Assembly (NCBI GenBank): GCA_039096225.1
Contig: JBBPEB010000004.1
Span: forward strand, 1,298,364 to 1,362,363
DNA: 64,000 bases
Reading direction: 5' to 3'
DNA from: Blastocystis sp. Blastoise
Lineage: Eukaryota > Protista > Bigyra: Opalinata
Each line of letters starts with the position of its first letter. Position 1 is the stretch's first letter. The translations under genes and the position numbers were made by a program. The notes below the pieces were generated by a model. It was not told the origin of the DNA, ran no database searches, and worked only from the letters and a program-made list of their open reading frames with translations. Below, one piece after another: positions 1 through 13,350 of this stretch.

Positions 1-902
1 ATAAACTCATCATTTCTGACAATTTTACACATTTAGACAATCTAGTGAGTATCACATAATCAACTAATTCTTGTTGTCTTCATCAAGTCTAACGATTTCC
101 TTATGACAAGAAGCATCAATTTTATTTTATTCAACACTCTATAAATAATTAATCAATTAACTAATTTTATTTACTTAAATACATACTCCAATAACAACAA
201 CAAGACATCAGGAGTGAGAATAACTGATTAAACTATTTAAATAAAATAATTAATAATAAAAAGTAGAAATATTAGGATTTTAATAATTTTTAATAAGTTA
301 ATTTATAGTGAAGTTTCAATAATCATATAAAAAATATGATTAATTTAGCTTTTGTATGTTCTAAGCATATATCTATCTATATATAGTCCCTAGGAGTATA
401 TTAGAGTACCTTCCAGTCTCCATTGGCAGATTGATCTAAACTGGTATGTTCTCTTTCTCTATTATGAGCTAATCTAGGTGATGTAAAGTGGTTGTACTAG
501 ATGGTCAGCTATTGTGTCGTGGTTATAAATGGGATGATGTGACGTCACCATATAAAACTATTTCTTTAGGTTTTATCAATGAGTGGGAAATGCTTGGCTA
601 TGTTAACTGAGCGTTGCTTGAAACTTTCAAAAAATCAATTGGTCAAATGTCTAAACAGATTTGTCTTGAATCATACAGAATCATGATCTATTCACATAAT
701 CACTACATCTACAATTCAAATATTCATATTTGAAGTTACTTGGTTTAACTCATATTCTGATTCTAGATGTATATATTTTCTACATTTTTTTTATATAAAT
801 ATAATTATATAATTATATTAATGTTTATATAGGTTGTTATATAGCTATTAAATCTAGTTCTTGCTTTTCTTGTCACTAAATTCTTGGTTCTTCTCTTTTA
901 TG

Positions 903-933
<31 letters not shown>

Positions 934-1088
934 TATTATTAACTTCTTATGTTTTGATTTTATAATATAAATTTCTTAATTTTTGAAAATTATTTCTATT
1001 TATACATATTATTAGTTTCTTCTATGTACTTATTTGAAGTTTTTATTAATATTAATTTATGCACTTTTTTCTTTTTTTTTAATTATAT

Positions 1089-1125
<37 letters not shown>

Positions 1126-1289
1126 CTATTTCTATATATATTTGGTTTTCTTTTTGTCTATATTTGCCTTCTTTTCCATTTTATTCTTATTAATTTCTTT
1201 GTTATACTTTATATTTTTCTTATAGTCATCGTGTTGATTCGGGTAATTGTTACTACTATTAATACTACTCAATATCACATTTCATTATA

Positions 1290-3100
1290 TAATATACCTT
1301 TTTTCTTTAGTTCTTACTTATCATTCTCCTTACATTCTTCTTATCTTTCCTTTTTGTGTTCTCCTTCTATAATTACATCTTCTCTTCATTTCCACCTCTA
1401 TATCTTAATCTTCTTGTTCTTCTTCATTTTCTTCTTATGTCATTACTTCCTTTTCATATCTTTCCACTTCTACTTTTCTATTCGCTATTCCTTTTAATTC
1501 TTCATCTAGACGTTCTTTCTATATTCCTTTTTCTTTTATATATCCTTATTCCCCTTCTCCTTTTCTGTCTCCAATATTCTTTTCCTACTCGTTCTTCTTC
1601 ATCTATTTATCCTTATGCTTCTATATCTTGTATATACCATTCTTTTGCTTCTCAATCTCAATCTCCTTCTCTCAATCTCTTCTGTATCTCTTCTTCTTCC
1701 TCTTCTTCTATATATCCTTATTCCCCTTCTATATCTTATATATATCTTTATTCTTCTTCTATATCTTATATATATCCTTCATCTTCTATATATCCTTCGT
1801 CTTTATATTCTTTTTCTCTCTATATATCCTTCGTATATATATTCTTTTTCTCTCTATATATCCTTCCTCTGCATTCCTTCTTCTATTTGCCATTATTCTT
1901 CTTATACATTTTATCTATATCATTCTCCTCCTATGTTTTCTATTTTTTCTATATATCCTTATTCTTATCTTTCCTCTTCTATATATCGTTTTTCTTCTAT
2001 ATATCTTATTTTTGCTTCTTCTTCTATATATCTTTCTTCTTCTTCTATTTATTGTTCTTATTCTTCTGTATCCTCTATTTATCATTATTTTCCATAGTAT
2101 TCTTCTACTGTATCTTCTTCTTGTCTCTTTCTTCTTCTTAAATATCTCCTTCTTCTCCTTCTTTTCTTCTATATCTTCAATATACCTTTCTTTATCTATA
2201 TATTTTGATGTTCATTATTTCTCTATATATCTTTATTCTCCATATTCTTCCGTATCTTCTTCTTCTTTTTATGCTTCTCTTTATTCTCCTTCTATATATC
2301 TTTCTTTTCCTTCTTTTCCTTCTCAGTCTCCTTCTCTTCATTTTATCATTCTCTTTCTCTCTATCTCTATCTCTTTCTATTTCTATATCTTCTATATGTA
2401 CTTTTTCTTCTTCTTCTTCTATATATCATTATTTTCCTCCTCCTCCTACTCTTCCTTCTTCTTTTATCATCATTCTTCTACTTCTTCTATCATTTCCTTC
2501 TTCGATTTCGATATCTCTATATATCATTTTTCTCCTTCGTCTTCTCCTTCTTTACTCTTTATATTATTCTAATTTTATTCCTTTTCATCTATTTCCTCTT
2601 TATCTCAATATTCTCTCGATTTATTACACATAATATCAATTATATATATATATATATATAATCTTTTATACTCTTTTTCTTTCATCATATACTATCTTTT
2701 TTCCTACATTTACACTTGTACTTCCTATGTGTACTCTACTTATATTTTTATTTCCTTCTTAATTTATTCTCCCTTGTTCTTCTTCTAACTCTCTTCTCTA
2801 TCTGTTTTCTCTTCTTCTCCTATACATGACTTTTTATTATCCATCTATCTTTCTTTTCTTCTTACCTTCTTATCTTATTTTTTACTCGCTTCCTATTCTT
2901 ATTCTTCTTCTTTATATATATGCTTTTTATTCTCTATCCTATTAACTAACTCCTCCTTCTTCTTCTTCTCATTTACTTAATATTTTTCTTTTTCCTAATT
3001 TATTTTCCTATATTCTTCATATTCATGTTTTCATTTTTTTATATTCAATTCCTATCTTTTATCATCTTATATCTATATATATACTTCTCTCCATATTTAA
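1290..3100 (-). repeat. Pyrimidine-rich low-complexity tract, possibly a decayed E/D/K/R-rich coding repeat on the minus strand
   Basis: Recurrent TCTTCTATATATC units; the minus strand reads DIEEE-like with many stops. Confidence 0.6.
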
Positions 3101-3243
3101 ACTATTTCTATCTACTATACTAATTAATATAGTATTTATTTTTATTAATAAAAAGATTTTATCCTTTTTATTTCTTATTTATACTTATTATTTTATATGT
3201 TTCTTGTTTATATATTTAATTTATATATTAAAATAATTTTTTC

Positions 3244-3287
<44 letters not shown>

Positions 3288-3421
3288 GCAACAGTAATAT
3301 GTATTCTATTTGATAAATATATATGAAAGAGATAAGTATATATTTATATATCTATATTATTGATTCATCTTTTTTAGATATATATATTAAATATTGTATT
3401 TTATTATTATTTATTATTACT

Positions 3422-3487
3422 CTTATGCTCTATAAGGTGAGAGGCTATCATAATTCGATAACAATCAGGTTCAACTCCTGACATAAG
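3422..3487 (+). ncRNA. tRNA-like structured element
   Basis: CTTATG/CATAAG closing stem, CTCT..AGAG D-like arm, TCAGG-TTCAACT-CCTGA T arm; non-canonical junctions. Confidence 0.55.
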
Positions 3488-4791
3488 TCATTCTATATAT
3501 ATATATATATTTTTTTTTATTTAATAAACGTTTTAATTATATGTTCTTTTTACACTTATTAATGTATTTATTAAATTATTTATAGCTCTTCATCCTTCAA
3601 AACTTCATAGTTTCTGAAATGAGTTGTAATCTGTTTTATTCTCAAAAGTGTAGCTTATTCAAAATATGTTTGAATTGAGTTAAATACAGTTTTAAAACTT
3701 AGATTCATTTTTTATTTTCAAAATATACTCAAATACAGAGTATATTCAGCAATCATTAATACTTTAACGACTGTAGTTTATTATTTTTAACTGAATTCTG
3801 GTCAGTATACTCAATACAAACAACTAAGTACAATACATACGTATTCATGATTTTTAAACAACATTTTTCCATTTCGACATTTACTTGATCCATTATAAAA
3901 CTATTTGTCCTTTTGATATAGTAAAGAAAAACGAATACCATATACCAAACAAAACGTTTTAACTTGAATCTCGTCATCTATTAAATATTTTTCTTAATCA
4001 ATTCACAGTTCATACTCTTAAAACAGTTATTTAAGATTAATATTTATGTATTTGTCCTTATACAATATTTTCATGACACTGTAATAATATATATGAAAAT
4101 TAAAAGAGTCAAGAAAATCTGTTAATTATCAAAAAATAAGTTCTATTTACTAAAATCATATTTATAAGATTTATAAACTTATACCATATAAAAACATAGC
4201 TCTTATATAAAGTATTGGCTGAATTAGTTTATTTGTAAGTAAATTAAAAGTATGTTATATAACGTAATTTTAGGTTACTCTTTTTAATCAGATTTATTTC
4301 ATAGCTATTTATGGTTTATTTGTCTGTTAATCTTATTTTTTAAAACAATTACAGACAATTATATTATGATCCTTGTCTATTAAGTTATTTTATTGAATTA
4401 ATAGTATAAATAAAAGTTATATAACAAAATAAATGTATATATTGATTAAAATAAGGAATGAATATAAATAAATAAAAATAGATAAAATTGCCAAAAAGCA
4501 AATTCTTAGAATTATATAGTACAATAGACGAACTTCTAATAGAAACTTAAAAATCGATTGATTGGATCAAATAGTCAAATCCTAACGTCATAATATGAAT
4601 TATTCTTTTCATTTTTTATTAATTTAAATTCTTGAAATACATCTAATAAACACGGTTATTATATAAATTAATACGATTGGACAACGAAATCAAAATGTTA
4701 ACAGAAATTTTTGGGTATTTCTAACAAATCATACAAAAAATTGGGTATGTATACAAATCAATAGGGAAATCTGGGTATTTCTAACATTTTT

Positions 4792-4862
<71 letters not shown>

Positions 4863-5403
4863 TTTTCATTAGGGAATGCTTTGATCGCTTACATTCAGCT
4901 ATATATATAGTATAGTATATATATATATATTAGTATATAATATATATGCATATACCATTATTTGAAGTATGATTCAATTCATTATCTATATATATAGTGT
5001 TGATATATAATGTTATATATATATACCTTCGGTCAATGGTTTTGATCCTGAATCTATATATATATTATAATATGATATAACATAATATAATATTATATAT
5101 ACATTGAATCAATGGTTTTAATCCTGAATCTATATATATAATAAGTATAATATAATATAATATAATATAATATAATATATACCTTGAATCAACGACTTTG
5201 ATCCTGAATCTATATATATAATATAATATAATATAATACATATATATAATATTATATATATATATACCTTGAGTCAATAGCTTTGATCCTGAATCTATAT
5301 ATATAATATAATATAATATAATACATATATATAATATTATATATATATATACCTTGAGTCAATAGTTTTGATCGTGAATCTATATATATAATAAGTATAA
5401 TAT

Positions 5404-5474
<71 letters not shown>

Positions 5475-6149
5475 GAGTCAATAGTTTTGATCGTGAATCT
5501 ATATCATTACTATTATAAAGCAAATAGGCAAAAAAATTCCCATTGGTCAGTTTTTGGAAAATTCATTTGATTGGCTACTATATACTAGAGTTTGTACCCA
5601 CAACTCCTCTAAACTTACGGGGAGTTAACTTTTGGTTGAAACACAGTTCAATACGATATAACGTGTAGTTGTGCACCGTATATTTGGTTAAGCGATATTA
5701 TTAATAATTAAAAAGTTATTAATAAAAGAACAGAAAACATGATTTTTGAGTCGTTTTTGATTGGCTCTTTGGGATGACCCCGATAAAAATTGTTGACCAG
5801 ACAATTGGAAAATAAACATGGGGTAAACTTGATTTTTTCTCAATCCCACAATATACGTTATCCGTGTTTATTCTTTATATTTATCTATTTTTAAAGACTT
5901 TTTCATATTGAACACGTGAGGCCTTAACGGTCAAATTTAGATTGTTAATTTGACATCATATTCTGATTCAGGAGGTCAAAAAACCTAGGTGTAGCGATTT
6001 TCAGTTCCTGAGGACAATTTTTGAGTGATCGATATTTTCATCGATCTTCTTATAATCGACTAATATTACAGTATTGTAATTGATAGGTCATCAAACTACT
6101 ATAGTAGAAACAAAGTTTTTAAATAACGAGTTAAAAAGTGACAATTTTG

Positions 6150-7500
6150 AAAAAATGTGAATTAAGTGGTCTTAGAGTGAGAGATTCAATATAATGACTT
6201 TTATTTAATAAACTATAGTTATAACTCCATACTATATTAAAAGAAGAGTCAAAATTATGATGGTCAAAATATATGAGCAAATGACAAAATGTGTCTTAAA
6301 AAGTAAAATGGCTTCTATATGTGTTTAGAATCATGTATTAAGTATATTCTATGAATAAGAGCTTTAAATAAATAGTTTAAGGTTGTCAAATTCAAAAGAA
6401 TGTGTAAAACATAGTCTTAGACTTTGAATAAAAAATTTAGAGATATTAATTAGTGTACAGCTATAGTAGCTCTACAACATATCAAAAGTACAAAGAAAAT
6501 AATTTTTAGAGAGTGGATGTGTGAGGTGTTGTGACTATTATTTAAAATTTATTTTTACTTCTGTTTGAGCAAAATCGTGAATTTCGTGCACTGTAGAAAA
6601 ATTGAGTCAAAAGGTCAACTCTAAGGGTCTTAAATTTAAAAAAATGTAAAAATAAGTGACTTAGAGGACGAGATTCAATATTTGAGTGTTTATTCATTAA
6701 ACTAGAGTGTATGACCTATATTATGTTAAAAGAAGGGACAAAAATATTTTGATCAAAGTGTATGACCAAATGGTAAAGTGTCTTTAAAAAGTCTAAAGTG
6801 ATGACTAATATGTTTATGGTGTCTTATAAAGTCTACTATGTAAATATTAGCTTTTAAAAATATGTTTAAGCCTTTCAATTAGTAAAAATATGTTCAAAGA
6901 GACTCATAAAATGAGAATTTTAAGAAACGAGATATTGTTCAGTATACACTAAGAGACACTCTACAACATATCAAAAATATAGCAAAAACTATTTTTAGAG
7001 AGTGGATGTGTGAAGGGTTGTGTGAGTTATTGAAAAAATATTTTTCACTCAGTTTATCCAAAATTGTGTTTTTGGAACACTGTAGAAAAATTAACTTCAA
7101 AAATCAACTCTAAGGGTCTTAATTTTTAAAAATGTGAAAATGACTGACTTAGAGGACGAGATTCAAAATTCCCTCTCACTTTCATATAACTAGACCACAC
7201 ACTCTATATTATATCAAAAGGAGGGACGAAAATATTTTGGTCAAAGTAAATGAGCAAATGCAAAAGGTTTATAAAATGTTTTAAAGTGATGACCAATGTG
7301 TAGCTATGGTCATATTAAGTAAACTATGTAAATATTAGCATTTAAAAATGAGTTTAAGTGTGTCAACTTTTCATAATGTGTCAAAAAGGGTCTTTAAGAC
7401 AGAGATTCAAAACATTTACTTTTATTTAATAAATAGTATGATAAACTCTATACTATACCAAAAGACTGAAGGAAACTGTTTTGATACAGTGGATCTTGAA
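6150..7500. repeat. Diverged ~490-bp internal repeats of the Helitron
   Basis: TTAGAG..GAGATTCAA at ~6172, 6661, 7149; TTTTTAGAGAGTGGATGTGTGA at ~6503, 6992; ACTCTAAGGGTCTTAA at ~6618, 7107. Confidence 0.85.
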
Positions 7501-7932
7501 TGTGTAAAGTCTATTTAAAAGTCACTTTTTCGAGTCATTTATGATTAAAATAAGTATTTGAGACAACTGAAGAAATATTAACTTTTTAAACCATGTTTTA
7601 TTAGTCAAAGTTAGAATGAATGCTGACTTTGTTATGATTAAAGCTTTCTAATTCTTTTAAAAAGTATGAAAATGAGTTTAAATCATTATATTACGTTTAT
7701 TTAAATAAATTTTATGAATTAAAAATACTCAAGAGTACTTCACATTGTGACTCATTTCTAAAGTTGTTGACTTTAAAAACTCAAAAAATGCTTAAAACAG
7801 TTGTTTAATTATTTATAAATACAAAATATATTTTTAAAATAATAAATAATATATAATAATACAAATTTCGTTTTTAGTATCTAAGAAATTCTTTTAGTTT
7901 TTTAAATATTATTAAAAAGAATCTAAAAGATA

Positions 7933-7998
7933 CTTATATCAGGAATTGAACCTGATTACAATCATTTACTGATTATAACTCCCCATATAGAGTATAAG
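7933..7998 (-). ncRNA. tRNA-like structured element inside the Helitron
   Basis: CTTATA/TATAAG stem, TTATAATCA/TGATTGTAA middle stem, TCAGG-TTCAATT-CCTGA T arm. Confidence 0.55.
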
Positions 7999-8250
7999 AA
8001 ATGTAATAAATAATAGATAATAAATAATAATAGATAATAGATAATAAATAATAATATATAATAAATGATAAATAATAAATAACAATAGATAATAAATGAT
8101 AAAAGATACAAAAAGCCAAACATATATGATTTTATGCAGCCGCGGTCCGGGGCCGTTAGGCACTGGACCTGCGGCGTGACCCTAGTATATAATAAGTATA
8201 ATATAATATAATCTAATGTATACCTTGAATCGACGGTTTTAATCTTGAAT

Positions 8251-8293
<43 letters not shown>

Positions 8294-8433
8294 ACCTTCA
8301 CTCGATTGTTTTAATCCTGAATCTATATATATAATATAATATAATATAATATATTATAATATTATATATATATATACCTTGAGTCAATAGTTTTGATCCT
8401 GAATCTATATATAATATAATATAATATAATATA

Positions 8434-8477
<44 letters not shown>

Positions 8478-8695
8478 GAGTCAATAGTTTTGATCCTGAA
8501 TCTATATATAATAAAATATAATATAATATATATATATATATAGCATATAAATACCTTGAGTCAATAGCTTTGATCCTGAATCTATATATATATATATATA
8601 TATAATATAATAGAATATAATAGAATATAATAGATTAAAAGAATATAATAGAATATAGCATATATATACCTTGAGTCAATAGTTTTGATCCTGAA

Positions 8696-8772
<77 letters not shown>

Positions 8773-10789
8773 ATATAATAGATTATAATAGAATATAATA
8801 GATTATAATAGAATATAATAGAATATAGCATATATATACCTTGAGTCAATAGCTTTGATCCTGAATCTATATATATATATATATATATAATATAATAGAA
8901 TATAATAGAATATAATAGATTATAATAGAATATAATAGAATATAGCATATATATACCTTGAGTCAATAGCTTTGATCCTGAATCTATATATATATATATA
9001 TAATATAATAGAATATAATAGAATATAATAGAATATAATAGAATATAATAGAATATAGCATTATATACCTTGAGTCAATAGCTTTGATCCTGAATCTATA
9101 TATATATATATATAATATAATAGAATATAATAGAATATAATAGAATATAATAGAATATAATAGAATATAGCATTATATACCTTGAGTCAATAGCTTTGAT
9201 CCTGAATCTATATATATATATATATATAATATAATAGAATATAATAGAATATAATAGAATATAATAGAATATAATAGAATATAATAGAATATAATAGAAT
9301 ATAGCATATAAATACCTTGAGTCAATAGCTTTGATCCTGAATCTATATATATATATATATATAATATAATATAGTATAATAGTTTAAATGATTGTATACT
9401 TGATAATAATTAATAATATATATATACATACTTTTCGTATTTATTTTTAGTGGATTTATAAATACGCATAAAAATATTTTATAAGACAAAAATGAAAAGC
9501 TAAATAAATATATACCATTATTATTTGAAGATTCAGCATCCTCATATTGTGATAATAACGATAAGACTGGACAATCAGATTCCATAGTACTTAAACAATA
9601 CTGAAAGATTTAGCAAAAAGCACCTTCTATATATATAAAAGGTATATTAAAACAAATGGTTTAATAAATCAAAAAGATATACATAATAAAAGAAATAATA
9701 TATTATAATATAAATATATACATGACATCAAAGATATTTTGTGGTGAATTTACATATCAAAAAATGAATGGTGAACTTTTAAAAACGGAATCTTCATATC
9801 ATTTTTTTCATAATAACCAACCATTTATTTATAACTTCCAGCTACATTTCTTTTCTTTCTTTTCTTTCTTTGGATAGCATAGTTGTAACAGTCAATTCTT
9901 AAGATGAGTAATAGCATACCTAATAAAAAAGTTATACATTATCCCCTGTATCATTAGTTTACCCATTTACATTGTATCATTACCAAATATAATTTATTAT
10001 ATTTATCATCTACTCTCTATACATATATAAATTAATTAATAAAAACACGATAAAGACAAAAATGAAAATAAACTTACAGAAGGAATTATTAAAATAAAGA
10101 ATGATTTGGTTGTTACCAATATATTAATATGTTGAACGTAGAAATAGCATAGTAGTTTTAAGTAACCCTTTCTTATATCACTCTAAAATCAGCTAAAGTT
10201 TCTTTGTTCACAATTAGGCAATCATTCTTTCAATCAGTTAATAATTCATTAATTAGACATTCTACAATTGGCGCTTTTAATTCTGTTCATGAAATGACTT
10301 GCTAAATGTATTTAAATCTATTTCTAAATACAGTACAATAAAAAAAAGAAAAGAAAAGAAAAATACTGAAAGTTTTAAAATATTCTTTTTCATTTTTATT
10401 GTTAGCTCATCTTCTTATGTGTTTCAAACAGAGATTAATAAGATTATTGATCACTATAAAAAAATTTGAACCTTTTTAATTAAGATTGTAAAACAATTAC
10501 ATCTATATCAGTTTGCAAAAAGTATTATTTTATAAAAATTAGCATAATAATAAAACATTTATAATATTATTATGTAGAAATATAATATTAATTATGAATT
10601 AAGTCCATAATCTTCATGTGTTTGACTTAAAAAATAATGTAGATAATTCTGTCAAGACCTCTTTTTTTTTATCTTATTTTAACTTTTAATATAATATAAT
10701 ATTATAAAGTTTTCATATATTTTATAAGATAGACACATATAGTATTAAATATGACAAAAATAAATAATAAAAACATAATAATAATGGTC

Positions 10790-12205
10790 GAAATTGACCT
10801 TAGTTGAAACATCAAAAATAAAATTTTTGAGAAAACGCAAAATTTCTTTTTCATTTTTGACACCGAGACCCAACGATATTTTATATTTTGACTTTATATA
10901 TTTATGTAATAGTATAATAACTATTAATATGACTTTTAAAAAGTGTGTTAGGACGACTTTTTTTGGTACAAAGTCGCAATTAACTTTTTTTGACCTTTTT
11001 TAAAAAGCCTTTAAAGACATAAAATATCATAATGTAACACTTAAGGCATCCTTACACCAAATATGAAGTCAAAAGTCGAAATTAATGGGGTCGAAATCTG
11101 CCGATACACCAACTTTGTTGTCATAAACATGCAATAATGATATATTTGTGTATGGTAGAGGTCACTGTATTCATATATAAAATCAGAATTTGATTTTATG
11201 AGGGTCAACCAAACATATATCCACTCATTCTTGTCTTAAAAGAAACCTGATGGGTTCAATGAGTGGCGAATTTTATCTAAACTACAAATATTAAGTCAAA
11301 ATTTCTTTATTAAGAGTGAAATGATTTCGATATCTCTTCGACCTTTTTATTTTAAAAATGTGTTCAAATAATTTATGAATATAAACTCATAAGATAAATC
11401 CTGTAACGTTTAAAAATTAATAAAATAAAAAATGTTGACAGAACGCGCGATTGAAGTTTTTTGTCAATTTTTCAACATGTCAAAAACAGGTTTTAATGAC
11501 TTTTAGGATGGTTTCATGAGTTATCATGATGATCCAGATAGTTTTCATTAAAATTCAAAGGAGTCAAAAGAGAATGTGTCCGATATCTCAATACTTTGTG
11601 GATCAATTTTTTTAAAAGCTTTATATATTATCATTACTCAGGTTATTTTATGTATATAAGTTAATTTCAATCAATTAAAGTCTCTTAAAAAAGGATTCTT
11701 GTCTAATTGTCTTTTTAAAGTTTAAAAATCGTTTATACATGTGGCGAGAAATGTTATGCATTTAAAATAAATTATATTAATATTTAATGACAAATATTAA
11801 GTACATCATAAAGAAAAATATAACTTAAAAATGAAATTTATAAAAAATAAATTTTACAAAATATAAAAAGAAATTTTTAAGTAGAAAAATGTAAAAAATG
11901 AAAAAATTTCTGAGAAAATGAAAAATAAATAGGAATTTTATGTACGAAATATGTTTATTGGATACAAATTTTAATTTTGAATTTTAGCCAATTATTTGGG
12001 GCATTTCCGTTAATTTTTTTTTTGTCTGACCGTTTTAGGCCCTTAGACGTGGAATTTTTGAAAATTTTAAAAGCGCGTCAGAATACGTTTTTCATTTAGT
12101 ATCTTACTCTGTTATCAGTGTAACATAGATAAGTAACACAAAAAAGTAATCGGTCCATTTATATCAGTACAATTTCGTGCTTACTTATCCCTTTTATATA
12201 TAAGA
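10790..12205 (-). mobile_element. Truncated Helitron relative in opposite orientation
   Basis: Minus strand begins A|TCTTATATATAAAAG at 12205; CACGTCTAAGGGCCTAAAACGGTCA (rc of ~12028-12052) resembles CACGTGAGGCCTTAACGGTCA at ~5913. No 3' hairpin/CTAG found; left boundary approximate. Confidence 0.45.
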
Positions 12206-12228
12206 TATTCTAGAATCCATTTATTTAC

Positions 12229-13350
12229 ATGTATTTTACTCCTCCTTCTCCTTCTTCTATATCACAATCGAAATCTACTATAACTACATTATTCTATGAT
12301 TTAAATGAAAATATTTATATGAATAAGTGTTGGTTAGCTTCTTCAAATTATTCTATTATTACTAAAAAAACAAGTATATATATATATATATATATTGTAT
12401 TATATATAATTATTTTCTGATCTTATTCAATCATTATAATTAGCAACTCAATTTTCTTAAGAAATATTATTAAAATAATTAATATGTATTAATTTACTGT
12501 ATAAAAAAAGAATTACTCTTAAGATTTATTGAAATCAATTAAAAATATATGTGTAACTATATATGAACAATTATTTACTATTAAGAATGAATCTACTAAA
12601 CCTACTCTTCTTCCTCTAGAACTAATTTCAGATATATAAAAATTGGGTCCATTAATCTTTCTAAAATGAATAAATTTATTATTATAACTAAACAATAAAT
12701 ACTGGATTCTATTAAAGAACTATTAAATAATATAAAATGAATTAAAACTAATATAAAATTTAGAAGAATATATTCTGGTTTCATATCTCCTTTAGAAACT
12801 AATTATTTATTTATATATAAAGTTTTTATTATTATATTCATATATTGAACAATTAAAAGTATTGAAAAGTCGAAATAATATTGGAAATAAGATTATAGAC
12901 AAGTATATATATATTTATATTATTATTAGAATTATATATATATATATTATATTGTTATTGATGTATATATTTAGATATTAATACATACAAAGATAAATAG
13001 AATGATATTATTTCTTCCTTTGATCTTTTGGTTATTCTCTTTGTATGTTGTTAACTTTAGTTCTTTCGAATTCGAAGAGTATTATTTTGAATGTTTTTAT
13101 TTAATTATATCTTCTATTATATATTATTATTATATATATTATATCTATAAACTTATTTTTTTTATAGTCTAAGTATTTTATTAAATTATTCACTGAATTA
13201 TACTATAATAGATAAGAATGAATTTAATGATAAAAATAAATAATAATGATATAATCAATAGGAGTAATAAACATATATTTCTAAAGGAAAAATAGTCTAT
13301 GCTATATATATTCTTTAATAAGTTCTTTTATATCTTTACAACATATATAT
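12229..13350 (+). pseudogene. Decayed coding relic
   Basis: Coding-like pieces (TPPSPSSISQSKST.., NESTKPTLLPLELISD) with intron-like gaps and stops. Confidence 0.35.

Larger units (their letters stand above)
5504..8185 (+). mobile_element. Non-autonomous Helitron (~2.7 kb)
   Basis: 5' TCATTACTATTATAAAG, GC-rich hairpin 8139-8175, 3' CTAG 8182-8185, inserted between A and T with no TSD; joining the flanks restores the array spacer GAATCTATATATATAATAAGTATAAT-like sequence seen at 5126 and 5376. Confidence 0.88.
5025..9344 (-). repeat. Array of 17 27-nt putative microexons (DSGSKLLTQ-like) separated by AT-rich introns
   Basis: Minus strand AG|ATTCAGGATCAAAGCTATTGACTCAAG|GT; 6 copies at 5025-5500 and 11 at 8222-9344, split by the Helitron. 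Confidence 0.8.
4863..9900 (-). pseudogene. Spliced gene or relic containing the microexon array
   Basis: Upstream exon ..QYEDAESSNNN G|GT and downstream exons 4956-4985 (DNELNHTSNN) and 4863-4898 (AECKRSKHSLMK) are all phase 1; in-frame stops occur in the upstream exons at ~9610-9810. Confidence 0.55.

Noticed and set aside
1034-2633. Plus-strand ORFs of 63-314 aa rich in F/L/S/Y/I
   Set aside because: Overlapping frames arising from a pyrimidine-rich low-complexity tract.
3422-3487. Functional canonical tRNA gene
   Set aside because: No connector between acceptor and D stems and an atypical anticodon loop; related copies do not conserve an anticodon.
5025-9344. CRISPR array
   Set aside because: Spacers are AT microsatellites of variable length rather than unique sequences, there are no cas genes, the context is eukaryotic, and splice signals explain the conserved core.
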